Shown here: piece after piece, positions 1-9,128 of the stretch
Numbering within the stretch: the first letter of the stretch is position 1
Layout: each line of letters begins with the position of its first letter
Assembly: GCA_964437465.1 (NCBI GenBank)
Contig: CAYTGI010000005.1
Coordinates: forward strand, 5,203 to 69,202
Reading direction: 5' to 3'
Origin: an uncultured Candidatus Saccharibacteria bacterium
GTDB taxonomy: Bacteria > Patescibacteriota > Dojkabacteria > J137
DNA length: 64,000 bases
Made by a program: the position numbers and the translations under genes
The notes under the pieces: generated by a model
Told to the model about the DNA's origin: nothing
Seen by the model: only the letters and a program-made list of their open reading frames with translations
The model's database searches: none

Positions 1-827
1 GCTTCATCTCTTTCTTCATCTGTAGGTGTGTAGATTATTCTTGTGTAATATTCTAAATCAGTTTCATTGATAATCTCTTTAATCTTTTTAGTATAAGACC
101 CTTCTCTTCCCATTATCCAAAAGATAATTCTATCTTTAACCTCCGGTTTTAGTTTATGAATTGCATATAAAACATCTTGAATACCTTTATACCATTCCAT
201 TCTGTTTAAATAAGTAATCACAATCCGATCTTCAGGATCATAATGAGGTAGTTTTTTTTCAATATAGCTTTCATAAATCCCATTAGGTATAAGTTCAATC
301 TTATTGGGGCTAATATTATATTCTCTTGTCATCCATTCGCTTTGAGGTGGAACAACAGCAATTACTTTTGAGTAAAGTCTATTTAAAAACAATTTTAAAA
401 AGAAAGTATAAAACTTTTTAATAAATAATCTAAACCCTTTATCAGCAAATGCCATAAATGGTCCATGAGGTGTATTGATCATTTTTGTTCCTGGGCTTGT
501 GATTTTTTTTAAAATCAAGCAAAATTCGGTCCATGCAAAACCAAATCCTGAAACATGAATAACATCAAATCTTGAAGTTAATAATCTGGGTAATAGCATA
601 GGATAAAATCCTGCATATAGAGCTTTATTAATTGCCCAATGTCTTATAATCTTAATTCCTTTATATTGTTCTTTCCATTGGAGCTTTTCATTTCTAAATT
701 TAATATTTGTTGTATATACAGTAACATCATGACCGATTGCAGCCATTTTAGTAGCCATGGCTTCTATATTCTGTTCTGCACCTCCTCGAAAAGGCTGGAA
801 TCTTGGAATTATGTAAAGAATTTTCAT
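1..827 (-). CDS. Glycosyltransferase family 4-like (partial; C-terminal part lies beyond the window start)
   Basis: Reverse-complement translation is open from the ATG at 827 to the window edge. The N-terminus MKILYIIPRFQPFRGGAEQNIEAMATKMAAIGHDVTVYTTN is a typical GT4 N-terminus. The +strand ORF at 639-878 overlapping it is judged spurious. Confidence 0.6.
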   Translation of the reverse strand, partial: MKILYIIPRFQPFRGGAEQNIEAMATKMAAIGHDVTVYTTNIKFRNEKLQWKEQYKGIKIIRHWAINKALYAGFYPMLLPRLLTSRFDVIHVSGFGFAWTEFCLILKKITSPGTKMINTPHGPFMAFADKGFRLFIKKFYTFFLKLFLNRLYSKVIAVVPPQSEWMTREYNISPNKIELIPNGIYESYIEKKLPHYDPEDRIVITYLNRMEWYKGIQDVLYAIHKLKPEVKDRIIFWIMGREGSYTKKIKEIINETDLEYYTRIIYTPTDEERDE

Positions 828-918
828 AAATTGATTATAACCGACATAAATCTAAATAGAAATGCGATAAGCCTTTAATTATTATAGAATCAAGCATTAC
901 TTATTACACATAGTTAAT

Positions 919-1194
919 ATGAAGGAATTAAAAAAGATCGATCCGATGTCTTATGCAATTTTCTCTGGAGCGGCAGGGGTATTTTTCGGTTTCGTTGCTG
1001 CATTATTCGGCTTACTTTTCTCTTCAGCTTTAGCAGGGTTAGATGGTGCAGGATTTGGAATATTAGGGCTAATTATGCTTCCATTGACATACGGAATAGG
1101 AGGTTTTATCGGTGGATACATCGGTGGATTTTTCTACAACTTTATAGCTTCAAAAGTTGGAGGAATTAAAATTGAACTTAAGGATGTAAAATAA
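919..1194 (+). CDS. Small Gly-rich membrane protein (hypothetical)
   Basis: 91-aa ORF with hydrophobic, GxxxG-rich composition. Confidence 0.4.
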   Translation: MKELKKIDPMSYAIFSGAAGVFFGFVAALFGLLFSSALAGLDGAGFGILGLIMLPLTYGIGGFIGGYIGGFFYNFIASKVGGIKIELKDVK

Positions 1195-1248
1195 ATTCTA
1201 CTAATAAAAAATTTAATTATCTAGATTGATTTTAGATAATAAAAAAAA

Positions 1249-1281
1249 GAAACTACTAAAATAATTTTTAGTAGTTTTTTT
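1249..1281 (+). terminator. Rho-independent terminator
   Basis: Stem aactactaaaa/ttttagtagtt followed by a T-run. Confidence 0.5.
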
Positions 1282-1680
1282 ATGGGTCATGAGTTTAATA
1301 TTCAGGTTAAAGATTGGGAAACTGATGATGGTGAAACATCTTACATAGTGTCATGGGAAGTTGGGGATAATTCAGAAGAGAAATATCCAGATACTTTAAG
1401 AGAAGATATGAGAAGAGCTAGGGAAGCATTAGCCATACATTTGTGTAATGGTGGGCAATTAGATATTAATTCAGTTCCTAAATTAATAAATACTGCTGGG
1501 CAAGCATTACTATTATCTGAAATAAGAGGGATTTTTAGAAGTTTAGATATAACTAAAAAAGAATCTAGTCGAATTATTAACTTAGCAATAACTGATGGAT
1601 TAATCGTTGAAATAGACGTTTTAGAATCTCAAGGACCACTTTATGATACGGAAGACAGAAATATTAATTTTGAATCTTAA
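1282..1680 (+). CDS. Hypothetical protein
   Basis: 132-aa ORF with no recognised motif. Confidence 0.35.
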   Translation: MGHEFNIQVKDWETDDGETSYIVSWEVGDNSEEKYPDTLREDMRRAREALAIHLCNGGQLDINSVPKLINTAGQALLLSEIRGIFRSLDITKKESSRIINLAITDGLIVEIDVLESQGPLYDTEDRNINFES

Positions 1681-2523
1681 GAGTTGATTAGTTCTTTAAA
1701 TTTTTCGTAAATATTTTTTATATTCAAAGGAGTATTTCGCTCTCCTCTCTTTCCTTCTGGACTTAGAAAGGGTGAATCAGTTTCAAAGAAAATTCCGTTC
1801 TTGTAAAAATCCTCTGGTGTTACCAAGCTTTTCCCTTTTAGAAGGTCAATATATACGTCTTGAACATTTTTCGCATTATTAAAAGTTACAATTCCATTTA
1901 CACCTAAACCCCATCCAACATCGATAATACCTTTTGCTGTTTTAAGATCACCAGTATAAGAGTGAAAAATCCCATAAGTTTTATACTCTTTTATAATTTT
2001 TAAGCATTCAGGTTCTGCATTTCTAGAGTGAATACTTAAAGGTAGATCTAATTCTTCTGCGAGCTCTAAATGTTTTCTAAACAGTGTTTCTTGAAGATCT
2101 TTTGAGAGCATTTTCTCATCTTCATCGGCATCTCTTATCCAGTAATGATCAAGACCAGTTTCTCCAATACCTTTAACATAGTCTGAATTCTCTAAGATTA
2201 AATTCCTAATCCTCTTAATCATCTCATCCATCCAATCTTCTAAATTATCAAAACCAACAAACTGCTCTGACCCTGGGATATATACTTCTGGATCAATTCC
2301 TACAAAGCTTTTAATAAAAGGGTAATCTTTCGCAAGTTTTATAGATTCTTCAGAAGTTGAAATATTTATTCCAATATCCCAAACTTCAGAAAGCTCACTA
2401 TCCTTTACCTTCTCTAATATTTCCACCCTGTCATCTAAATAAACAGAATCATTAACATGACAGTGAGTATCAATTAATCCTTTGGGTTTTCCTAATTGTT
2501 CGAAAATATTCAGAAAAAATCAT
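1677..2523 (-). CDS. tatD: TatD family metal-dependent hydrolase (likely 5' frameshift in an A6/T6 homopolymer)
   Basis: Motifs GLDHYW, SIHSRNAE and FETDSPFL are present. The LIDTHCH motif lies upstream of the called GTG start in the same frame. An ATG at 2523-2521 comes into frame if the T6 run (2514-2519) is read as T5. Confidence 0.7.
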
Positions 2524-2613
2524 TTAACCAATAGAGACTACCATATTTGCTTGATGAATCCACCCTCTATCTGTTAAAATTCATAGCACTAATTTATTGA
2601 TATACAGATAATT

Positions 2614-2874
2614 ATGGCAAATACATCATCTGCAAAAAAAGCGATAAGAGTCTCTGAAAGAAAGAGAGTTAATAACCTTCGACATAGGAGAGAGATGTCT
2701 GAAGCTAGAAAAGCAGTAAGAAAAGCTGTAGCAAATAAAGATAAGAAAACAGCAGAAATGCTTCTTCCTAAAGCATACAAGGAAATTGACAAGGCTGCGA
2801 AAAGAAAAATCATTCAAAAAAATACAGCAGCTAGATATAAGTCACGACTTGTTGCTAAAATAAAGTCAATATAA
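2614..2874 (+). CDS. rpsT: 30S ribosomal protein S20
   Basis: MANTSSAKKAIRVSERKRVNNLRHRREM; basic 86-aa protein. Confidence 0.85.
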   Translation: MANTSSAKKAIRVSERKRVNNLRHRREMSEARKAVRKAVANKDKKTAEMLLPKAYKEIDKAAKRKIIQKNTAARYKSRLVAKIKSI

Positions 2875-2897
2875 AAAACTTTTAAGTTTTTTCACTT

Positions 2898-3449
2898 GTG
2901 TCAAAATCTTTAATTAAGCTTATTGATTACTCGCTCTTGCCAGCGCTATTAATGGTGTTTGGTAAGTTTTTTGGGATATTTGCGATAAGTAGAATAATTG
3001 GTATAGAAGTAAATGTTAGAGAATATACTGATTCCCTATTGGCTGTATCTCCGATGGTAACAGAAGAAGAGCTTTTAATAATAACTTCGTACTCAGACCT
3101 CATTATGTATGCTGTTGTTGCAGGACTATTTTCTATTGTTGTTATTAGAGCAGTATTTTTCCATGATACTCATACTAAGCCAACTCTTGTTGCAAAATTA
3201 GCTAATTCAAATATGCTTAAGCTGATTCAAAATTCTTATGAGATTTACCACTCTGCTTCAATTCATTTAGTGTTTGTTTGGGTTGCAACAGCAATAGTTA
3301 TCTTTAATGCTGTAGCAGGCAATACATACGCTTGGATAGGAATATTGAGTGTTATTGGTTCAATTATCCTAACTGCAATTCTTCTACTAGATGTTTATAA
3401 GGAGATAGAAAATATTAAGAATAAGCCAGGATCGTACAATTGGGTTTAG
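2898..3449 (+). CDS. Membrane protein (hypothetical)
   Basis: Multiple hydrophobic helices. Confidence 0.4.
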   Translation: MSKSLIKLIDYSLLPALLMVFGKFFGIFAISRIIGIEVNVREYTDSLLAVSPMVTEEELLIITSYSDLIMYAVVAGLFSIVVIRAVFFHDTHTKPTLVAKLANSNMLKLIQNSYEIYHSASIHLVFVWVATAIVIFNAVAGNTYAWIGILSVIGSIILTAILLLDVYKEIENIKNKPGSYNWV

Positions 3450-3489
3450 AGGCTATGTCTTATTTATAATTTAGTTTTTGAGATTTGTG

Positions 3490-3912
3490 TCAGTACCAAC
3501 CTTCCATAATCGTCACTTTCATTTTTTGCTCAGGATTTTTTAGTAGTTCGACAATTTTTCTATCTAAATGATTAGCTCCTCTATTTAAATTGAACCCAAG
3601 AGTTCTTTCTGAATCAAAATGACTTTTTCTTAAAACTATTTCGTGGTCAGAGTTAAAGTTCGGATTTATTGTGCACTTAAATTCACTTGAAATAATCTCA
3701 CCATTTTCATCTTTAACCTCACAAATTACCTTTATCTTTTTCTTAAATTCTTTTAGTTTAGAAGTTTCAAAATCAGACTTTATTCCGATGATACAATCCC
3801 CTCGTTCGGTTAGATCTTCGTCTTTTGTAAACTCTATTGTCTTAAAGTGGGTTGCAAGAATATTTGGATGGCCAAAACATGTGAATGAGTAAGATCTCCT
3901 ATCTTCAGGCAT
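3490..3912 (-). CDS. DUF371-like protein
   Basis: FGHPNILATHFKTIEFTKDEDLTERGDCIIGI resembles the DUF371 family as remembered. Confidence 0.4.
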   Translation of the reverse strand: MPEDRRSYSFTCFGHPNILATHFKTIEFTKDEDLTERGDCIIGIKSDFETSKLKEFKKKIKVICEVKDENGEIISSEFKCTINPNFNSDHEIVLRKSHFDSERTLGFNLNRGANHLDRKIVELLKNPEQKMKVTIMEGWY

Positions 3913-4108
3913 TTTTTACAAAGTTTTTAACTACTTCAACAAAGTAAAAAACGATAATTGAAAGGATTGCATTTAGAGTAACTACCAAGAAATTCATTTC
4001 TTCAAAAATAGAAACAATAGCTAAAGTTGAAATGAAAACTGAAACGAAAATGGTTAATGATTTTATTAGATTGTTTTTAAGAGAGGATTTTTTTAGTTGA
4101 ATATTCAT
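3905..4108 (-). CDS. Small membrane protein (hypothetical)
   Basis: 67-aa hydrophobic ORF. Confidence 0.3.
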   Translation of the reverse strand: MNIQLKKSSLKNNLIKSLTIFVSVFISTLAIVSIFEEMNFLVVTLNAILSIIVFYFVEVVKNFVKNA

Positions 4109-4386
4109 ATATCTTGTCTTTTTTGCCAGATTAGTCTAAAGATTCTTCCAAAGAATAAGTCAGCAATTATAAATAAAACTGTATAGAGAATTGATTGAAA
4201 AATAGAGCTAGTCAAACTATCATTTTCATTGAGAAGAAAATAGATAAGTGAAGCAATTAAAAAGATAACTGATGGATATAAACGATTCACCCAACTCTTA
4301 AACCAAGCAGCTTCTTTTTTTAGTGCTTTATTAGAGAGTTTTAATTTTTTTATTTCTTTTTCGTACTGACTAGTGCTTTTACTCAT
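4105..4386 (-). CDS. Membrane protein (hypothetical)
   Basis: 93-aa ORF with a transmembrane segment. Confidence 0.3.
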   Translation of the reverse strand: MSKSTSQYEKEIKKLKLSNKALKKEAAWFKSWVNRLYPSVIFLIASLIYFLLNENDSLTSSIFQSILYTVLFIIADLFFGRIFRLIWQKRQDI

Positions 4387-4404
4387 ATTATGATTATACC
4401 ATCA

Positions 4405-5052
4405 CTATTTGACTACAATTCCAACTATGTAAAAAACATCACGATTTCTCTTACTCAAGATTTTCTTTCCCCAAGGTGATTCAATAAGTTCCTTTTCTTC
4501 TTCTGTTAACTTTTTTACTTCAGTAATCTTTATTCCATATTTTAGGATTTCTTTTTTAAAATCACTATTTAAATATTTTTCATTAAGTTCCGGCAGATCT
4601 CTTTCGCTTTTGAACTTCTCTTCATATTTTTCATCATAAGTTGTTACTACTTTTAACATTCCGTTATTTTTTGCAACTATAGCAATATTGCTAATAATAT
4701 TATTATCTAAATTTATAAAACCCTCTAATAAAGATCCCCAAGGAAAGTTTATCTGAACTTCATCGGCAACTGATTCAAGTTCTTTTGGAAGGTTCTCCGC
4801 AACACCATGAATAAAAACTATATTTCTTAAACCACCTTTTGCAAGTTTTCTCCTTGCTTTTCTAGAGACTTCTTCTAGCCCTTTGTAGTTTGCATCAATT
4901 CCAATATAGAAAATTCCAGGGTTATTGTAGGCTTGTTTATAGGTCTGTTTTCCATCGCCACAACCTAAATCAACGATAACTGACTTAAAACTAGGGTCAA
5001 TTTTGAGTTTTTCAACTGGATAGGTTTTCTTGCCTCTAATCTCATTAATCAT
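4405..5052 (-). CDS. NpmA/KamB-like 16S rRNA (adenine1408-N1)-methyltransferase homolog (class I SAM methyltransferase)
   Basis: Motifs VDLGCGDG, FYIGIDAN, KGGLRNIVF, LPKEL..AD, INFPWGSLLEG, VTTYDEKYEE and ITEVKKL align with the remembered NpmA/KamB pattern. Confidence 0.5.
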   Translation of the reverse strand: MINEIRGKKTYPVEKLKIDPSFKSVIVDLGCGDGKQTYKQAYNNPGIFYIGIDANYKGLEEVSRKARRKLAKGGLRNIVFIHGVAENLPKELESVADEVQINFPWGSLLEGFINLDNNIISNIAIVAKNNGMLKVVTTYDEKYEEKFKSERDLPELNEKYLNSDFKKEILKYGIKITEVKKLTEEEKELIESPWGKKILSKRNRDVFYIVGIVVK

Positions 5053-5092
5053 AAAGTAATTATAACCAATAAGTACTAAGGTACCTAGGTAC

Positions 5093-5121
5093 TTGAGTAC
5101 AATAGTATTAATTTGTATAAT
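5093..5121 (+). promoter_or_regulatory. Sigma70-like promoter (TTGAGT-N17-TATAAT)
   Basis: -35 at 5093-5098 and -10 at 5116-5121 with a 17-nt spacer. Confidence 0.45.
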
Positions 5122-5127
5122 TGCGAC

Positions 5128-5169
5128 ATGAAATTCAGATTTTATTATTACTACTTATACCTGACCTAG
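5128..5169 (+). CDS. Tyr-rich leader peptide MKFRFYYYYLYLT (putative attenuator leader for tyrA)
   Basis: 13-codon ORF with 5 Tyr and 2 Phe codons between the promoter and a terminator hairpin, immediately upstream of prephenate dehydrogenase. Confidence 0.45.
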   Translation: MKFRFYYYYLYLT

Positions 5170-5197
5170 GGAGTTAGTAATATTTGTATGATAATAG

Positions 5198-5225
5198 AAG
5201 CTCCTAAAAAGGGAGCTTTTTTTTG
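5198..5225 (+). terminator. Rho-independent terminator / attenuator hairpin
   Basis: aagctcc-taaaaa-gggagct followed by T8. Confidence 0.55.
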
Positions 5226-5256
5226 CCTAGTTTACTTATTTTTTAATTAATTCGTT

Positions 5257-6009
5257 ATGAAATATACAGTTGGAATCATTGGAAATGGGAGGTTTGGAGA
5301 TATGCTTTATAAGACGTTTGATAGATTTGGTAAGAACGATTTTAAAGTAAATATGTTCTCTAGAAGTTATGACCATAATAATGCAAAAGTTAAAAGTAAA
5401 AATTCAAAAAGATTTAGCTCATTAGATGAAGTGTGTTCTTCAGACATTATTATCCCTGCAGTTCCTATTTCTGTTTTTGAAAAACAAATAATTGATATTA
5501 AGGGCTTAGTACCAGAAACATCATTAGTTGTTGATGTTTGTTCCGTAAGTGTTCATCCTGCTAAGGTAATGCTCAAAAATCTAAAGTGTGATCTTCTTTC
5601 AACTCATCCAATGTTTGGTCCGGATTCTTCTAAAGATGCTACTGATTTTAAAGATTTAAAATTCATACATCATCCACTCAAAGTAACTAACCAAGAAAAG
5701 GAAGATGCATTTCTTTCTTTTTGGAAAGAACTTGGATGTGACATGAGACAGCTAACCCCAGAAGAACACGATAAACAGGCAGCATACACTCATGCATATG
5801 CTTTTTTAATAGGTAAGATAGGTATTATGATGGAAGTTAGAAGAAATGATATATCTACAAAAGGCTTTGAGGGTGTTTTGTACAACCAAGAAGCTGTTGA
5901 AAACGATACGAGCACGCTTTTTAACGATATGTTTACTTATAACCCTTTTGCAAAAGAGATGGTGTCTAGATTTATTAAGACAGTAAAGGAGATACAAGGT
6001 AGGTTATAG
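5257..6009 (+). CDS. tyrA: Prephenate/arogenate dehydrogenase
   Basis: N-terminal Rossmann GIIGNGRFG, plus PAVPI and STHPMFGP motifs. Confidence 0.8.
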   Translation: MKYTVGIIGNGRFGDMLYKTFDRFGKNDFKVNMFSRSYDHNNAKVKSKNSKRFSSLDEVCSSDIIIPAVPISVFEKQIIDIKGLVPETSLVVDVCSVSVHPAKVMLKNLKCDLLSTHPMFGPDSSKDATDFKDLKFIHHPLKVTNQEKEDAFLSFWKELGCDMRQLTPEEHDKQAAYTHAYAFLIGKIGIMMEVRRNDISTKGFEGVLYNQEAVENDTSTLFNDMFTYNPFAKEMVSRFIKTVKEIQGRL

Positions 6010-6021
6010 TGTTGTCAGGTA

Positions 6022-6794
6022 TTGACAACATTGCGAAAAGGGAGCTATAATATTAAAGTTAAAATTAATAAAATAGCTTTACAAATTGCCGATCAAAAAA
6101 CTTATGAAGGGGAACCAGGCACTATGCCAGTTAGATTATCTTCTGCAAATGGTTTCGATACTAACTATGAATTTGAAGTTAATGCTGAAAATATAATTAT
6201 CGCTACTGGAGATTCCGACGAAGCACACCTGCAAAGACTTAATCTATATAAAAAAGTAAAGAATTCACTGGAAGGTGATTTTATTTTATTTGATTGGGGT
6301 CATTTAGAAGTTTTACTTCAAACCTGTGGAAAAGGTATTGCTAATAGTGGAAATGCAATGGTATCTATTGCTTTGTACAATGAAGAAGAAGGGTTCGGAG
6401 GCGAGCCTCTGCGACTGTGGAGGGGGAAAGATCAGTATCTTTCTATGCATATGTAAGAATTGATGATTTAGTAGAGTCTAGCGATATTGGAAATGCTATC
6501 CATAGAGTAAAACAAATAGTAGGTCAGTGTTCAACAGGAACTTTAGGATATGTCGATAGAATTGTTGCTAGTGGTAATGCTGTTAAAATAGAAAAAACAA
6601 GAGAGGCCTGGGAGCATACATATAGCCAACTCAGAGCTTGTATGGCATTCTTTGAAAAGGTAGCAAGCTTGGAATTAAGTTATGAACAAGTGGGTATTTT
6701 AATGCAATTAAAAGCAGATCTTGATCGATTTAGTGATGCTATGGATGATAATAGTGATGCTGGCTTTAAAGCTTGTATAGAAAAACTTTCATAA
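6022..6794 (+). CDS. Hypothetical protein (two ORFs probably joined by a frameshift in the G5 run at 6422-6426)
   Basis: ORFs 6022-6456 and 6417-6794 overlap. Adding one G to the G5 run gives a continuous 257-aa reading. Confidence 0.35.
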
Positions 6795-6815
6795 AAGTAT
6801 AAAAAAATAATAAAA

Positions 6816-6842
6816 AGCCTGGATTATTCCAGGTTTTTTTTA
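6816..6842 (+). terminator. Rho-independent terminator
   Basis: cctgga-ttat-tccagg followed by T8. Confidence 0.5.
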
Positions 6843-6862
6843 TTTTCAAAATATTGGTAATA

Positions 6863-7411
6863 TTTATTATGAAGAATGCACTAATCTTACATGGAACATC
6901 AGCTAACTCCTCTTCTAACTGGTTTCCTTGGTTAGGTGGAGAGTTAACTAAAAGAGGATACGAATGTCGAATTCCAGATCTTCCAAACGCTGATGAACCA
7001 GATCTAGCAATGTATTGGGATTATATTAAAGATTTTTCATTTAATGAGGATAGCTTAATTATTGGCCACAGCTCTGGAGCTGTTGCAGCTCTTGGAATAA
7101 TTCAGAAGTTTTGCGATGGGAGTTTTAACCCTAAAGTGAATAAAATAATTTTAGTTTCTGCATTTTCTAAAGATGAGGGATGGAAATGTGAGAAGATTTT
7201 GTGTGATTATGACTGGGATAAAATTAGGTCAGCTACGGATGAGATAATTCAAATTCATTCTGACGATGATCCTTATGTAAGCTTAGATAATGCTAAAGAG
7301 TTAGCAAAAAATCTAGAGATTCCGATAATACTCTACCCTGAAAAAGGTCATTTTAATACTGAGTACTCTGAAGAATTTACAAAGTTTCCTGAGATTTTGG
7401 GTTGGATTTAG
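6863..7411 (+). CDS. Alpha/beta serine hydrolase, RBBP9/YdeN family
   Basis: ILHGTS..NWFPWL, nucleophile elbow GHSSG, and HSDDD...GHF catalytic motifs. Confidence 0.7.
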   Translation, partial: FIMKNALILHGTSANSSSNWFPWLGGELTKRGYECRIPDLPNADEPDLAMYWDYIKDFSFNEDSLIIGHSSGAVAALGIIQKFCDGSFNPKVNKIILVSAFSKDEGWKCEKILCDYDWDKIRSATDEIIQIHSDDDPYVSLDNAKELAKNLEIPIILYPEKGHFNTEYSEEFTKFPEILGWI

Positions 7412-7821
7412 GCTTCAGCCTCTGCTTGAGGAGAAATAAATGTCGTTCTTAATTTTGTGTTGTGACCCATTAGATTCATCATCAATGATACTGAATTTAG
7501 GACAGCCTTTATATTTGCTGAAGCATCATATGGTATTTCTATATTTAGCTCTTGAACATTTAATCTTTTTAAATTTGTTAGCATATTCCAAATATCTGTT
7601 CTATTTATATTTGCAGAACCTGTTCTTTCTGAAATCTTCACGTTTATTTTTTCGATAGTTATTCTCCCTTGTTTACTTTCATCTCCTAACGCTTGTATAG
7701 TTCTGGCCATAGTTGCAGGAGTATCAACTTCAAGATTTTGTTCATGAATGATTATTTCTTGTTGTTGTATTTGTAATTCAGACTCTGTCATAATACTTTT
7801 GTTACCAAAAGATAATAACAA
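7408..7821 (-). CDS. Hypothetical protein
   Basis: 137-aa ORF. Confidence 0.3.
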   Translation of the reverse strand: MLLSFGNKSIMTESELQIQQQEIIIHEQNLEVDTPATMARTIQALGDESKQGRITIEKINVKISERTGSANINRTDIWNMLTNLKRLNVQELNIEIPYDASANIKAVLNSVSLMMNLMGHNTKLRTTFISPQAEAEA

Positions 7822-7894
7822 AGAAAAATAAAATTACCAAGAGAAAGTTGCTGGATTTTGGCAACAAATAGGCTGTATAGTGGTATAATTATTT

Positions 7895-9052
7895 ATGGAT
7901 AATAATATTAGAGAAATAAAACCTTCCTTCGAAACTGGTGAAGAATATGCTTCGTATGTTAGAGCGCAAGTAGAACAGGGAGCTAATTATGATGAACTTG
8001 CAGATACTGCTGTGAATATTTTGGCTATGCTAAATTCTTTTAACAGTACTTACGTAAACAAAGAAGGTCGTTTGAATATTGCTGATTTTATAGAAACGTA
8101 TTCTATAACATTGGGAATGAAGACTTTATTTTTTGAATCGGATGAAGGAAGAGCTTTTCATCTAGTTGCTGTTCCTGAGCACTCAAGGTTAAATCTTGAT
8201 GATCTTTCAAGAGCTGTCGCTGGAGATGAAAATGTTGAAATCCCTAAAATGAAAGTTGTTCATGCGCATACTGACGTTGTTCCAGGTTTAGAGGACAAAG
8301 GAATAAGAATGGACATGGATAATGGGCTAGTTTCTGGTAGGGGAAGTAACGACATGTTGGCTCAAGTCGCTTTATTGATGGTTAATATGGCACTTAATCC
8401 AGATTCAGATTTAGTGTATTACTTTTCTGGAGATGAAGAAATTAATATGATTTTTAATGGTCCTGAGATTTTGGAAAAATTTCATGGATTTTTAATTGAC
8501 CTTGAACCAACAGGAAATGTTTATGGTGAAATTATTACTAAAGCTTCAAATACAACTGTTTATTCAAGGTTTATAGATGGCTCTATTCCTATCTTTGCAA
8601 AGCTAGTAGATAAGCTTAACGATTTAGGAGTGAGATACCAATTAGATGAAGAAGGAATGTTAGTAGTTATTGGAGATGATGGTAAGCCTGATTTACAAGA
8701 GTTAATGGATGAATATCAAATTAAGGGGCGTTTAGAAGAAGGTATGAAAATTGAAAATGATTCTTTAACAAATAGATTTTTGAGAGAACTTCTTCAACAA
8801 GTTTATGGTGAGAGAAGAATATTAGAAGGCTCTATGGCAACATCATTCTTCGTAGATGGAGGTTTGGATTATTTTCACAGTCTAGCATTTCGAATGAAAA
8901 GAAATGGGATTGTAGTAAGCTTTCCTGAGATTGGTGGAAGGCATACTGACTACGAATCTGGCTTTTTTCAACACTACTCTCTCCTTCTTCATTTTTTAGA
9001 TCTCTTATCTAAAGATGAGAATTTAGATCAAATAATCTCCATCGAGGCTTAG
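7895..9052 (+). CDS. Divergent M20-family metallopeptidase-like protein
   Basis: HAHTDVVPG and GRGSNDM match M20 signature motifs. Confidence 0.5.
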   Translation: MDNNIREIKPSFETGEEYASYVRAQVEQGANYDELADTAVNILAMLNSFNSTYVNKEGRLNIADFIETYSITLGMKTLFFESDEGRAFHLVAVPEHSRLNLDDLSRAVAGDENVEIPKMKVVHAHTDVVPGLEDKGIRMDMDNGLVSGRGSNDMLAQVALLMVNMALNPDSDLVYYFSGDEEINMIFNGPEILEKFHGFLIDLEPTGNVYGEIITKASNTTVYSRFIDGSIPIFAKLVDKLNDLGVRYQLDEEGMLVVIGDDGKPDLQELMDEYQIKGRLEEGMKIENDSLTNRFLRELLQQVYGERRILEGSMATSFFVDGGLDYFHSLAFRMKRNGIVVSFPEIGGRHTDYESGFFQHYSLLLHFLDLLSKDENLDQIISIEA

Positions 9053-9128
9053 AAAAATAAGGATTATGCGATAAAATTATGGGATACTCTCAGTAGTATT
9101 CCGATATTAAAAATTAATCCTGTTAGAC

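Noticed and set aside
639-878. +strand 79-aa ORF
   Set aside because: It lies antisense inside the continuous minus-strand glycosyltransferase reading frame (1-827), has low-complexity composition, and no motif supports it.
2589-2817. Two minus-strand ORFs (74 and 63 aa) overlapping rpsT
   Set aside because: They are antisense to the clearly conserved S20 gene and are AT-rich frame artefacts.
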